Positions 34,966 through 47,079 of a DNA stretch of 64,000 bases are shown in pieces. The DNA is from Tetramitus jugosus (lineage: Eukaryota; Protista; Heterolobosea). The stretch lies in contig OW569355.1 of assembly GCA_937625935.1 (NCBI GenBank), forward strand, positions 124,001 through 188,000, given 5' to 3'. Below the pieces are notes generated by a model, which was not told where the DNA came from, did no database searches, and saw nothing but the letters and a program-made list of their open reading frames with translations. A program made the position numbers and the translations under genes. The first letter of the stretch is position 1; each line of letters opens with the position of its first letter.

Positions 34966-37900
34966 ATGAGCAATCATCCAAGCAACGGCAACAATTTGAA
35001 CAGCAAGAGACCAAAGTCACTGCCATTTGAGGCGTTTCACCAAAGTGGCAAAGGCAATAACAACAACAATAGCAACCAATACAACAACAACAATTACAAT
35101 AGTAATAATGATTATAGTGGTAGTTATGGCACAAGTGGTCAAGATATGTTGCACCAACTGATTCTTCAACAACAACAACAACAACAACAGATTGCAGACA
35201 ATTTGAGCACAAGCACAAACCCTAATTATCCCATGCAAGGGAATTATCATGGCAACCATCACAGTAACAATGGATATTGGATGGATAATAATACTGACAA
35301 CAACAACAATAACAATACTAACAACAATGACATGGCCAGTAGTAGTTATGGAAATGTAAAGAATGGAGGTCAGTCATCAATGATGTGGTCTGGTTCCATT
35401 GGATTATCCACCACATTGCCATCTTCTACTAGCTATGATGAAGGGTAAGTCAACACTCACCACAAACACACATGTGCTCGTAGATACAAAAAAAGCTTCA
35501 ATAGCTCGTTTGTTCTTTTTTGATGTTGAAGCAGCGCGATGATGCAATTTATCCGGCGTAGCTCTACTGTTCGACGGTGTCAGAGTCCCCCTCGATGATG
35601 CGGAACTCTGTAACTCGATGGACATAGCTCTAGAGTGCACTTGTTTTTTGATTTTGTTTTCTATTGTCCACACACACACACAACCACTCGCCATTCGAGA
35701 GCTGCCCCCAGTAACATTGAACTAACACGTTGATTTCACTTGTTTGCTCATTCCTTTGCCGTCATCTACTCTCCTTATTATCCAATTATCCATTTTACTT
35801 TTTTTAGATTGTCATCAGAAACCATACAGGAGAGAGAGCAAGATTTGATTGATACTCTGGGATTAGAAGACAATCCTATTGCGAGTAATGCATCAACATC
35901 CACAGCAGGTATCATGTCATCTTCTCCATCACTATCAACCATGAACCAACAACAACAAGTCAGTCGAATACAGCAGCAGCAGCAGCAACAACAACACTAT
36001 TTATCCTCTATCCATAACGCACTGTCATCGTCTCCTTCAACTACACAACACATTCATTTGGTTCAACAGCAACAACAACCTCAGTCAAAACAACAACCAC
36101 AACAACGCTTCTCGTTTGACTTTGGAAGATCACCTCCAATTGCTACAACCTCCATGCCCATGAATGGCAGCGCCAGTGTCAACAACAACAATAACAACAA
36201 TAGTGGCACTCGAAATAATAACGGTGGTGCTCCAACGTCCTCTGCACCTATCATGATTGCTCAACAATCACAGCAGTCATCATCCCGTTCTCTTCTCCAA
36301 TCAGTAGTAGCAGCAGCAGCCACCACAACTGGTACATCTCCTTCCTCTCCACGCAATCGCAACAGTATCAATAATGGAAATAATAGCAATAACAGTAACA
36401 ACAACACTTCATCTGAACAGTATTTGCAAAAGTATGCCAACAGCAATCCCAATAGCAAAAAGTCATTCAAGTTTAGGAGCTTGTACCTTCAGTGGTGTGA
36501 TCAAATGAATTGTAGTCCAACTCCAGAATTGGTGAGAAATTTGAAGAACACTATCCGTTCTCAGACTCCATTCCAGAGATTGAGCATTTGTCACGCTGGA
36601 ATCGATGATGGACATGTGAAAGCATTGGTGAACACATTGCTTGGTATCAGTTCTACTCACAATCAACGCGTTGGCAACGATGCTGTTGGAACTGATTCGC
36701 CTAGTGCAGAGCCATTTGATGTCAATGAAATTTTGTTGAATCACAATGAGATCACAGATGAAGGATGTATCTTGTTGTGCGACAATGTCCTGAACAATGA
36801 AATTTGGAATGCAAAGATTACCAGCGTAGAACTGTTTGGAAACAAGTTGGGTGATAGCAGTTGCGAGGCTTTGTCTCAAATGTTGCAATCAAACTTGAAT
36901 TTGAAACGATTGAAGCTCGGGGACAACAAGATTGGACCTGTTGGTGCCTCTGTGTTGGCAGAGGGACTAAAGAAGAACCATACCTTGACGCAGTTGCACT
37001 TGGGAGGAAACACCATTGAAGTTGAAGGTTTGAAGGCTATTTCTGAGGCTCTGATGGGTAATGTTGCACTCACTTCTCTTGGATTGAGAGATAACAATGT
37101 GGGACCAGAAGGAATCAAGTATCTCGCAGATACGCTCGCACTGGACTCATGTGCATTGAGCGATATTCAACTGAAGGGAAATGCAATTGGTCCTCAGGGT
37201 GCTGCCTACTTGGCTTCGGCTCTTCACAAAAATAAGAGCCTCAAAGTATTAGAGCTACAAAGCAACAACATTGGTCCGCTTGGTGTTAAGGCCGTCTGTG
37301 CAGCACTCAAGGAGAACACTGGTGTTCATGCACTAAACTTCAATGACAATGATCTCTCAGATGATGGGTCCGAGTCCGTTGCATTGCTCCTTGAAGAAAA
37401 TCCTTCCATTACCACTCTTGGACTGGCAAACAACAGAATCAGAAAGAAGGGAGCCTCTTCATTAGCTCGTGCACTGGAATGCCCTCGAACTGCAATTACT
37501 GGTCTCGATCTTGGAAGTAACGAGATTGGAAACAGTGGTGCCGTTGCGTTGGCAAAGGCTCTCAAATCCAACGTTATTTTAACATCACTCGACTTGAGAT
37601 CTTGTGAGATTCACTTGAAGGGTATTTTGGCATTGGCAGATATGGCTCGCGTCAACAGTACCCTAAGACATTTGGATCTTGGTGCCAACTATGCAAAGAA
37701 TCATGGTGCTATTGCTTGGGCTGATGTGCTAAAGACCAACAAGAGTTTAACTCGCTTATGTTTGACTGATAATCAAATTTATCATGAAGGTGGAGAGGCT
37801 TTGGCTACTGGATTACAAACGAATTATACTCTAAGAAACTTCTCATATGGTGGACAAGGTGTTAGTGCTAATCGTATTGATTCAACAATCCGAAGAGTGA

Positions 37901-39438
37901 TTGACTCGATTGTCTCAGAGAATAAGCGTCACTGGGAGTCAGTTAGTGAAAATTCTTCTAATGAGAACGCTAGTTCCGAGTTGGATTCCGCATCTACATT
38001 GATCACGAGCTACGAGTCTACCAATCAATTCAGATTTATTTCAATTCCACAAATTTTGAATGGTGGAGGTCAATCCCAGTCCCAGTACAGCAACGGCAAT
38101 AACAATAATAGCAACAACAATTCATCAGCTAAATTGTCAAGAGGTAGTTCAAATGGAGTGATTAAAAACATTCCAGGAAGCAGAAGTTCATTGCCTGCTA
38201 ATCTGAATGCCAATCCTGCTCTCCAGCAACAATTGTTGGCCAGCAAGACTAACAAACGAAACTCTGTGAGTGTTACGCAATCACTCACATCATCAGCAAA
38301 TCAGGCAAATCTTCCGAATTGGTTCACTGCGCACATGAGATTGCAAAATCAAATAGACCCTGCTCTCCTCGATGCCAGACTTGAAGTACTTTTCAAAAAT
38401 CATTTACTCAAGGCAGAAAATCCAAAGTTTAGAGGGCATTACTTTATTGGAAACGTCATTAATACTCTGAGAAAAGTTTTCCCAGATATGCGAATTGATG
38501 AAGTTGGCCTTGTTCAATTTGCTTACAATAATCCAAAGTACTATGTGCATTTGTCGAGAGAGATGGTAAAGACTCAGATCAAATACCAAGGCGACAATCC
38601 ATCAAACAATACCTATGCACAACCACAGGGTTACGAGACCAGTGAAAATGAAGTAATGGCAAGACGCAGACCAACAACAGTGAATCTTGGCTCTAATCCC
38701 TCATTTTTCACTGACGCATCCATGGTCAATTCTATGTATGCACAACAGCAACAACTGGCAATGGGTTCTAACATGCGTAACAGTGGAGATTTTTCTCAAC
38801 AAGTGACAGGCAGGGAATACAATTCTTTCTTCCCACCATCACAACGATTAAGCACCGACTTTAGAGATGGCAATGTCATGAACAACTCTCATCGTGGAAG
38901 TGGGGATTTTTCTCAGGTATTTTCACGTGGAAGCATGGATTTCTCAACTGCTTTTTCCAACAGAGCAAGTGGTGACTTTTCCCATATGCCAATGCAATCT
39001 GCTGCGATGGGTTCCCCCAGATTAGGCTCGCCAAGACATAACACAAACTCAATGGACTTGATGCAGCAACATTTGTACAGACGCAGTGGTGATTTTCATC
39101 CAAACCTGTTAGGTTCAAATCCTCTCAGCACAAATGATTACATGGGAGCATTCAATTCGATGCCAGCGCCAACAACCATATCCAGAGGAAGTTTAGAATT
39201 CCGGGGTGGGTATGACGCGATGGTTGCTCATAACCAATTTCAACAACTGCAACAACAGCAACAGCAGCAGCAACAACAGCAGCAACAGCGCAACAGCGGT
39301 AACTTTAATAATATTGATTGGACTCAAAATTATCCATCTGATTCCAACTACCAGAGAACTGTAGATCTGAATCAACAATTCAGCACCTTATCTTCTCCTC
39401 ACATACGCTACAGTGGGGATTTTTCTCACTTTCAGTGA
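34966..39438 (+). CDS. RNI-like (NLRC3/CARMIL-type 28-aa) leucine-rich repeat protein with N/Q-rich termini; intron 35445-35807
   Basis: About 14 LxxLxLxxNxIGxxG repeats; a GTAAGT...TTTTAG phase-2 intron joins the two ORFs. Confidence 0.88.
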
Positions 39439-39571
39439 GTCACTTATATTCAAATCATAGAAAATAAAGGTTTTTGCTCCGTGTCTCTCTGGTTCATTTC
39501 ATTGGCGCTCAAAAACTTTTTACAGGCGGTGCGTTACGAGCGAAAAGAAGCACTGATCAATTTCAAGCAAG

Positions 39572-41387
39572 ATGGAGATTGTCCATGTGTACCAACGAAA
39601 GAGAAGAGACTTTGGAAGAGCTTGTCATTTTGAAACAACTGATCCTACCCTCCTTTTAGATATCAAACCAGACCTTAATCTCCAAGCTCGGCACGTCACT
39701 CGTAATCCCGTTCATGTAGGAGTTCAATGTGCTCCCGAGTGCTCTGAACACTTCGTATGTAGTTTAGGTGACTTGTTTGAACATCAACAGAAACTAAACA
39801 AGATACATGTTTTGGATGAAAAAGACCAATACTCAACTGATAGAGATACAGGAGATGGGAATGAACCACTTGGAAGGAGGTTGGCCTCAAGATGTCAACC
39901 CCGCAAAAGAAACCTCCAAAAAGCGTCAAATCCTCAAGATGGAAAACGATGCTCGTTATCTTAAAGCCGTTGTTACATTGTCTGAACCACTTGAGAAATT
40001 TGTCAAACAGAATTGTGCTCTCGATATCTATAACGATTACTTTGAGAGTGGGTCAAATGATTACTATTCTGAAGTCCCTGCTGCAAAGATTACTGCAGTG
40101 TTCAAGGATCCACATAAGGAATTCGGTAGAACTGCAACTCATATATCATGGATACCTACCGATGGAAAGAAACTGGCTGTAGCTTATTCTGTTCTTCGCT
40201 TTCAGAGTACTCCGGAGGGAATGCCAACTGATTCATATATATGGGATATAACGAACCCCAATGTACCCGAGACTAAAATGTCACCTACCTCTCCTTTATG
40301 TTGTGTCGAGTATAATCCGAAAGAATCTTATACACTTGTTGGTGGGTGTTACAATGGAGTTGTATCATTGTTTGATGCTAGGAAACCTGCTGGAAAACCT
40401 GTAATCGAATCTGATATCAAAGAGAGTCATAAGGATCCAGTTTATGATATAAAATGGTTTCAGAGCAAAAGTCCAAGTATGTTCATGAGTTGCTCCACGG
40501 ACGGCCAAGTATTACTTTGGGATTCCAAGAACATGAGTCAACCTGTTGAAACCTACGAGGTTTCTCTTGCAGGGGAAAAGATAGCAGATGACAAGGTGGT
40601 TAAGGGTATCGTGGGAGGAGAAGTAATGGATTATGATATTAGTTACAGTCCAACAAAGTTCCTCTTGGGATCTGAACAAGGATACATTGTAGCGTGCAGT
40701 AGAAGAAAGAACAAAGGATATCAAATCGATCGTGCTTATTTTGCACATTATGGTCCAATCTATTCTGTACAGCGAAATCCATTTTTGAACAAATACTTTA
40801 TGAGTATTGGAGATTGGACTGCTAAGATTTGGATGGATGACTTGGCTAGTCCTATAATCACAACCAAGTATCATTCTTCTTACTTAACTGATGGATGCTG
40901 GAGTAACTCCAGACCTGGTGTGTTCTTTACCACAAAGATGGACGGAACTCTAGATATTTGGGATTTGTTGTACAAACAAAGTCATCCTCTGCTGACAGTA
41001 AGCGTGTCCAACGAAGCACTCCAAACAATTCGGATGTACAATGGAAAATATCTAGCTGTGGGTGGTGTAGATGGCTCGACTAGTCTTGTTGAGCTGAGCC
41101 ATGGACTCAGTGGTTTTAGGGGTGAAGAGAGATCTCCAGCGAATGATGAAAAAGCGGCCATCCAAGACATGTTTGACAGAGAAGTGAAGAGAGAGAAGAT
41201 GCTTGAAGAACAAAAGCGAGAAGTCACTGCTCAGAATCGAAGACTCGCAGATGGAACAAATGCAAAGAAGAAATCATCTAATGATGTTCTCCTTATAGAT
41301 GAGAAGCAATTGCAAGATGTAGAACAATACTTTAGAGAAGAGTTAGGTGAAGACGAAGAAGAGAATTATCCAGAGGAGCAACAATAA
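39572..41387 (+). CDS. DNAI2: Axonemal outer-arm dynein intermediate chain 2 (IC69-like); intron 39755-39824
   Basis: MEIVHVYQRKRRDFGR, GMNHLEGGWP, KLAVAYSVLRFQ, SHKDPV, HYGPIYSVQRNPF. Confidence 0.94.
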
Positions 41388-41401
41388 AGTGATCTATATT
41401 A

Positions 41402-42451
41402 TTATATAATATCAGAGTGACTACCAGGTGAAAAGAGGGTCACATTATGCTCAAAGCATTTGTAGTGCAATGTTTGTCTTGTCAACAAGCGCATCGAATG
41501 TGCGTTAGCATCAGAGGATGATCCTGCCAACTTCTCATACACCACTTCGACCAAACCGTGAACATCCTTTGAATAGCCAGTGGGCAATCCTCCCACTCTG
41601 AACACAACATTTGCGTACTGTTCAATCAAATTGGCAGTTAAATTGGCTTCTCCATCGCCGTGCATCAACAAGACAATTGCCGTAGAGTTTGTTTGAGCCC
41701 AGGAGAGCAACCGTTGAACAAACATGAACACGTCTCTGAAACCATTCTTGGTGTACAGTGCCAACACATCGACATGATCCAAAATGATGCACTTGCAATC
41801 GCCACCCTTCAACTCGACTGTTGTTTGTTGATTACCCGTAATCATTTGAAACAGAGAATCCAACAGAGTTGTTGAATCATTATTATCACTATTATTACTA
41901 CTACTGCTATGACTACTATTGTAGTTCCATTGAATGAATCCAGTGGGAACGTGACTCTCTTCCTTGACTGTACTTGCATTGAACTTGCTTCTGACATGGA
42001 TCGGAGATGTGTAACTCAATGGATGAACATGACGACTGTTATTATTGTTATCACTATCATTATTATTGATTGTTGGTTGCAATACGGATTGAACAAGACC
42101 GTTCTGAGCATCGACAAACAACAATTTTCCATTTTGACCCTCCTTTTGTAAATTCATGTTCAATTTCAATTCAATGGTTGAATAATGGAAGAAGCTTTGA
42201 TTGAGATTGATGAATCGAACATGTTTGGGAGTACTCTCCTGATGATGATGAGGATGATGAGGATTGACACTGGAGAGATATGAATTGAGAAAGTGAGGCA
42301 ACAGAAAACTGCCATCAGCAGTCAATGAATCACGAATGAAAAAGAAAAAGTGTTCAGGTGCAAAGAGATCGGGCCAATTGAGAATGGTGTTCAAGTCCTT
42401 GTACGTTGTCATTCTTGTTATTTTGGTACTATTGTTGTTTGATTTGGACAA
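41402..42451 (-). CDS. ELP6: Elongator complex subunit 6
   Basis: DSLTADGSFLLPHFL, QSFFHY, IILD, LPTGYSKDVHG, LHYK...LFSPG. Confidence 0.85.
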   Translation of the reverse strand: MSKSNNNSTKITRMTTYKDLNTILNWPDLFAPEHFFFFIRDSLTADGSFLLPHFLNSYLSSVNPHHPHHHQESTPKHVRFINLNQSFFHYSTIELKLNMNLQKEGQNGKLLFVDAQNGLVQSVLQPTINNNDSDNNNNSRHVHPLSYTSPIHVRSKFNASTVKEESHVPTGFIQWNYNSSHSSSSNNSDNNDSTTLLDSLFQMITGNQQTTVELKGGDCKCIILDHVDVLALYTKNGFRDVFMFVQRLLSWAQTNSTAIVLLMHGDGEANLTANLIEQYANVVFRVGGLPTGYSKDVHGLVEVVYEKLAGSSSDANAHSMRLLTRQTLHYKCFEHNVTLFSPGSHSDII

Positions 42452-42568
42452 TGAATGCGTTTTGGTTGTTGAAATGAAAAATTCGAATGCCTTTTCACCG
42501 ACATCGCGAAATCGGAAGGATAAAATTCACCGAATTGACGACCAAAAGAAAACTGACTACCACAAAAG

Positions 42569-45481
42569 ATGTCACACCAGAGCAATACGGTTGCAGATAA
42601 TGATGATGGAATCACAACAACAATAACAATAACAACACTGTCTGAAGATGATAATACTCAAACAACATCACCTCCTCCACCACCACCACTTTTACCACAA
42701 CATCTCATGTATAATGATGAGAGTGAAAATAATCATAGTATATCAACTGATGGTGGTGGTTATCATACACCGACAACAATGATACCCAAACGAAAGAGAG
42801 CCATGGGTATCTATGGTCAATCCCATTCCATGTCACCCAACACTGCTTCTATTACTCCTACTTCTCTATCGTCCATTGGTACTAGTAGTAATAGTAGTAG
42901 TAGTACTAGTAGTAGTAGTACTAGTAGTAGTAGTAGTAATAGTAACACTTGTCCTTCGTCACCCATGTCTCCTACTACCACTACTACAAATCACAGTAAT
43001 TATCAAAGTATGGATCACAAGGAGAGCAGCACTACTAGTAGTACTTTCAATAATCATAACAGTAATAATAACAGTAATAGTAATAATAACAGTAATAGTA
43101 ATAGTAATAGTAATAGTAATAGTAATAGTAATAGTAATAATAGTAATAATAATAATATGGAAGAAAATTCATCCATTCATCGAATTGGTCAAGTTGTTGT
43201 CGAATCAGATCGTGACTATGATCTCATGCGAACCATTCAGAGAGGTATTCGAAGATTGTTTCGATTGGACTGTTCCTTTCCCACCATACCCAAACTAGAA
43301 TACGCTGCTGCTTCTTCTTCACGCTCCACTACTAATACTAATACTACTGCTTCTGGTAGTAGTATAGGGTTGAATGGTAATGCAAACACTCATCATCATA
43401 ACAGTAATCACAATTATTACAATGGAGAGAGAATTCAGGGATTGATATGGGATGATTTTCAAGATGATACGACGTTTCAGTTCAGAGACACGCACTGTGA
43501 AGTCAAATTTCTGTGTCCCATTGTCTTTATGAAAATTCGAAGCAAGTTCAACATTGATCCCGTGAATTTTGAGAAGCAGTTGGGTGGTATGGCAGGTGCG
43601 TTCACTCGGATGGGCACACCAGGCAAGAGTGGAGCCTTCTTCTTCTATTGTCCCTCTATGCAATATTTGTTGAAGAGTGTGAGTGATGAGGAGTGTGCAT
43701 TCTTGTTGGACATGTTGCCAAATTATACGAGGCATGTGAGTTGCAACTCGCACACTCTCCTGTCCAATTTTCTGTCCTTTTTCGAAGTGACAACCACAAC
43801 GAATCAAAAGTTTCGATTCGTTGTCATGAACAATGTATTCTTTACAAATTTGCCAATGCACAGGAGGTATGACCTCAAGGGATCCACTGCCGGACGTGCT
43901 GCAAGTGACTTAGAGAAGAAAAAGAAGAGCCCCATACTCAAGGACAAGGATATTGAAGTTGGTTCGATCAAATTGACCAGAGAATCCAAATTGGAGCTCT
44001 ATCAGAGACTGCGGAGCGATTGTAAATTTTTGAGAGAGAATGATATTATGGACTACAGCTTGTTACTGGGTGTGCATGATGTGGGCACAGATGAAGAGTT
44101 CGCGGATGTGTATCAGAATGTCATTCACAAGAATAACAAGAAATGGACGGGAGAGTTCCACAATTGTGTTGCATCGAGGGACGAACAGTCCATCTACTTT
44201 TTTGGCATCATTGACATTTTGCAAAAGTATAACAGCCGAAAGCTGATGGAGAAGGTAGTAAAGTCCGGTATGGAAAAGGTCAAATCGAAAATCAAGGCAA
44301 TGGATCGGAGTGAAAAGGTGTCCGTGGCCAATCCTCTAAAGTATGCACGACGATTTGAATCCTTTATCAAAATTCTGTGCTCTGAGATATCATTGGACAG
44401 CTTTAAACTGGGAAGTCAAGCCTCGTTTGAAAGATTAGACGAAGCAGAAGAATACTATAATATGGCAGTCAGAGCAAACACTCATGACTCAATGGCTCTT
44501 TTTTATCGAGCGATACTGTATTACACACAACTGGATAACAAATGGAATGCCATGCAAGACTTGCATAAGTCAATCAAGATGAATCCATCATTCTCAAATG
44601 TTCTCTGTTATCTATGGAGAGGAATGTTGCTGCATGAGCAAGGAGAGTACGACCCTGCAATCAAGGATTTCACAAAGGTGATTGAGATGAATCCCTACTG
44701 TCCAGACCCCTATTTATTGCGTGGTCTCGTCTATCACAAAGGTCTGAAACAATACACGCTAGCAGAGAGAGATTATTCAAAGAATCTGGAGATCAATCCA
44801 CAACTTATTGATCCATACGAGTTCTCAAAAATTATGACAAGATTTGGTCTGACACCATTCAATGCCTATGTTCAAAAGGGACTCTTGTACAATGACTTGA
44901 ACGAGAAAGAAAAAGCAATCTCAGAACTTAAGAAGGCACTTGATGCATCACCGAAAACCAAGGATCTGATTTACTTCGAACTGGGAAAACTGTACGAACA
45001 GCATAACAACATGATTGATGCCATGAAGTCTTACAACTGTGCGATTGAGATCAATCCCTCATTCTATCAAGCCTATTTCAATCGGGGATGTCTCAGGAAG
45101 AGTGCGAAGAATGCCGTTACTGATTTCACAAAAGTCATCGAATTATGTCCGAGTATGTTCCAGGCCTACTTCCAACGAGGTATGCTGTACAAGAATGCCT
45201 TCTTACAGTATGGCAATGCTTTGTCAGATATGGACCAGTATATCAAAGTTAAGCAAAACAATGTGAAGGCGTACATTGCCAGAGGAGAGTGCTACTACAA
45301 CTTACAGAGAGCAAAGGAAGCAGAATCAGACTTTTTAAGGGCTCTCGAACTCGATCCAAACCAACTCGAGATTTACAATCATCTCACAAATCTGTACGTT
45401 GCTCTGCCTCTACGATCGATTCAAAAAGCTCAATACTATGTTGACGCGAAATTGGCAATCATGATGCAAAATCCTGTATAA
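42569..45481 (+). CDS. Phosphatidylinositol phosphate kinase (PIP5K family) fused to C-terminal TPR repeats
   Basis: PGKSGAFF, VVMNNVF, YDLKGS, LKDKD, MDYSLLLG, GIIDILQKY; followed by about 9-10 TPR motifs. Confidence 0.9.
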   Translation: MSHQSNTVADNDDGITTTITITTLSEDDNTQTTSPPPPPPLLPQHLMYNDESENNHSISTDGGGYHTPTTMIPKRKRAMGIYGQSHSMSPNTASITPTSLSSIGTSSNSSSSTSSSSTSSSSSNSNTCPSSPMSPTTTTTNHSNYQSMDHKESSTTSSTFNNHNSNNNSNSNNNSNSNSNSNSNSNSNSNNSNNNNMEENSSIHRIGQVVVESDRDYDLMRTIQRGIRRLFRLDCSFPTIPKLEYAAASSSRSTTNTNTTASGSSIGLNGNANTHHHNSNHNYYNGERIQGLIWDDFQDDTTFQFRDTHCEVKFLCPIVFMKIRSKFNIDPVNFEKQLGGMAGAFTRMGTPGKSGAFFFYCPSMQYLLKSVSDEECAFLLDMLPNYTRHVSCNSHTLLSNFLSFFEVTTTTNQKFRFVVMNNVFFTNLPMHRRYDLKGSTAGRAASDLEKKKKSPILKDKDIEVGSIKLTRESKLELYQRLRSDCKFLRENDIMDYSLLLGVHDVGTDEEFADVYQNVIHKNNKKWTGEFHNCVASRDEQSIYFFGIIDILQKYNSRKLMEKVVKSGMEKVKSKIKAMDRSEKVSVANPLKYARRFESFIKILCSEISLDSFKLGSQASFERLDEAEEYYNMAVRANTHDSMALFYRAILYYTQLDNKWNAMQDLHKSIKMNPSFSNVLCYLWRGMLLHEQGEYDPAIKDFTKVIEMNPYCPDPYLLRGLVYHKGLKQYTLAERDYSKNLEINPQLIDPYEFSKIMTRFGLTPFNAYVQKGLLYNDLNEKEKAISELKKALDASPKTKDLIYFELGKLYEQHNNMIDAMKSYNCAIEINPSFYQAYFNRGCLRKSAKNAVTDFTKVIELCPSMFQAYFQRGMLYKNAFLQYGNALSDMDQYIKVKQNNVKAYIARGECYYNLQRAKEAESDFLRALELDPNQLEIYNHLTNLYVALPLRSIQKAQYYVDAKLAIMMQNPV
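43056..43156 (+). repeat. (AGTAAT)n/(AAT)n coding microsatellite (NS repeat)
   Basis: Directly visible tandem hexamer within the PIP5K N-terminus. Confidence 0.9.
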
Positions 45482-45594
45482 TGCCTGTTGTAATGAGCAT
45501 TACAACTCCGTACTAAAAAACACACCTTAATGAGCACGTAAAGAAAAATCACATAAATTATTTATTGAACTCTGCCCGATCAATACTCATTCAC

Positions 45595-46683
45595 TTATTG
45601 AGCTCCAGAATCAGCAATATTGACTCTGTCCTTGTTGTACACTTGAATCGTGTACACCTTGCCCAATTGATTCAATCCCAGTTGATTCAATGTCTTTGTT
45701 GGTTCCATCAGAACACCGTACGATGCGAACACATAGTCCTTTGGATTATATTTTCTATGATTACAGTACATGGCTTGAATCTTCTCAAACTTCATTCCAC
45801 TCTTTGCAGTGATATCACAACCAATGACTTGTTGATTCACCTTTTCTTGAATTCTTAATTTTACATCAACATTCTTCTTCTTCTTCTTCTCTTCAGAGGA
45901 TGCTTCAGTGCCACCAGACTCTGAGGAAGATGGTGCATCTGTTGTTGTTGTTGCTGCTGCTGCCGGTGAGGACGCAGAAGTAGTAGCAGAAGCAGTAGCA
46001 GTAGCAGTAGATGCATTGGATGAAGATGATGGGGATTCAGCAGTGATTGATGACTGTTGATCAACATCCTTTGATTGTTGTTGTTGCTGTGCGGATGGGG
46101 ATGATGATGCGGACACTGGTGAAGTTGAATCGACATTCACATTGGATTGTGAGGTTGTTGATGCCAACGGTGAGACTGGTGATGACACTGATGATGATGC
46201 ATCATTATTGGTGTTATTATGACTGCTACTGTTGTTGTTGTTGTTGTTGTTGTTATTGGTCACAGCAGTGGTTGGTGGTGGAATGTACACCTTGGCAGGC
46301 ACCATTCTCTCCTTTCTCTTGACCAGTCTCTGCTCCGTGTATCCATACTGTGCCAATTCACTCTCGTGCAACAGCATGACAGGGAACAACTGACTCGTCG
46401 TATCAATCTGATTCTCCTGAAGACTCTTGTTCATGACTAGAACGTGATCATGAATGACTAATCTGTACTGTTCTGGATTCTCGATACCTCTCATCTTGCA
46501 AAACTCATTGACCACTGCACTCACATTGTTCATGTTGCCGAGACGAATGGTGACAAAAGTCTTTCGGAATTTACTCTGTTCGTGACAGACTTTGATGGAA
46601 ACGAGTTTTTGTTTGATGATCATTTTAGGGTTGCTGTTGGTTGGCAAGTCATCGCCACCATTGGATACGGCAGTGGATGTCAT
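45595..46683 (-). CDS. Protein with N-terminal ubiquitin-like and C-terminal SUMO-like (Rad60 SLD-type) domains
   Basis: VVNEFCKMRGIENPEQYRLV...NKSLQENQI; KSGMKFEKIQAMYC...VFASYGVLMEPTKTLNQLGL; S/A/T-rich linker. Confidence 0.6.
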   Translation of the reverse strand: MTSTAVSNGGDDLPTNSNPKMIIKQKLVSIKVCHEQSKFRKTFVTIRLGNMNNVSAVVNEFCKMRGIENPEQYRLVIHDHVLVMNKSLQENQIDTTSQLFPVMLLHESELAQYGYTEQRLVKRKERMVPAKVYIPPPTTAVTNNNNNNNNNSSSHNNTNNDASSSVSSPVSPLASTTSQSNVNVDSTSPVSASSSPSAQQQQQSKDVDQQSSITAESPSSSSNASTATATASATTSASSPAAAATTTTDAPSSSESGGTEASSEEKKKKKNVDVKLRIQEKVNQQVIGCDITAKSGMKFEKIQAMYCNHRKYNPKDYVFASYGVLMEPTKTLNQLGLNQLGKVYTIQVYNKDRVNIADSGAQ

Positions 46684-47079
46684 TTGATACGTCTTTTTTT
46701 TCTGTCTTGGTTTTTTTGTTTGTGACAATCGGTGAAATCTGTCAACTGTCGGGCGATAGTCCGAAGATGTTGACGGAATGAAGGACAGAATCATTGGGAA
46801 GGGTGAAGGGTGTTGTGGAATGAGAAAGGCAAAGATTGGACCATTCCTTGGAGTAAATCAGAGAATGATAGAAGTTATGGTACGTACCATAACTCTGACC
46901 CTGGTTTTTCGGACTATTGACGCAGAAATTCAAAACTGAATCGAAAATTGAATTTGTAAAGTGACGCAATTCTAGGTAAAAATAGATCGATTTGTGATCA
47001 TACATGAACACAAGCTTCAGGAAAGAAAACACAAGAGAGCAAAAAAGAAGCAAGAAACAACAACTCACTTGATTCAACA

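Noticed and set aside
39755-39824. Apparent frameshifts in DNAI2, STK36, TBCC, WNK and RPT6
   Set aside because: All are explained by canonical in-frame GT-AG introns; no recoding or alternative genetic code is needed.
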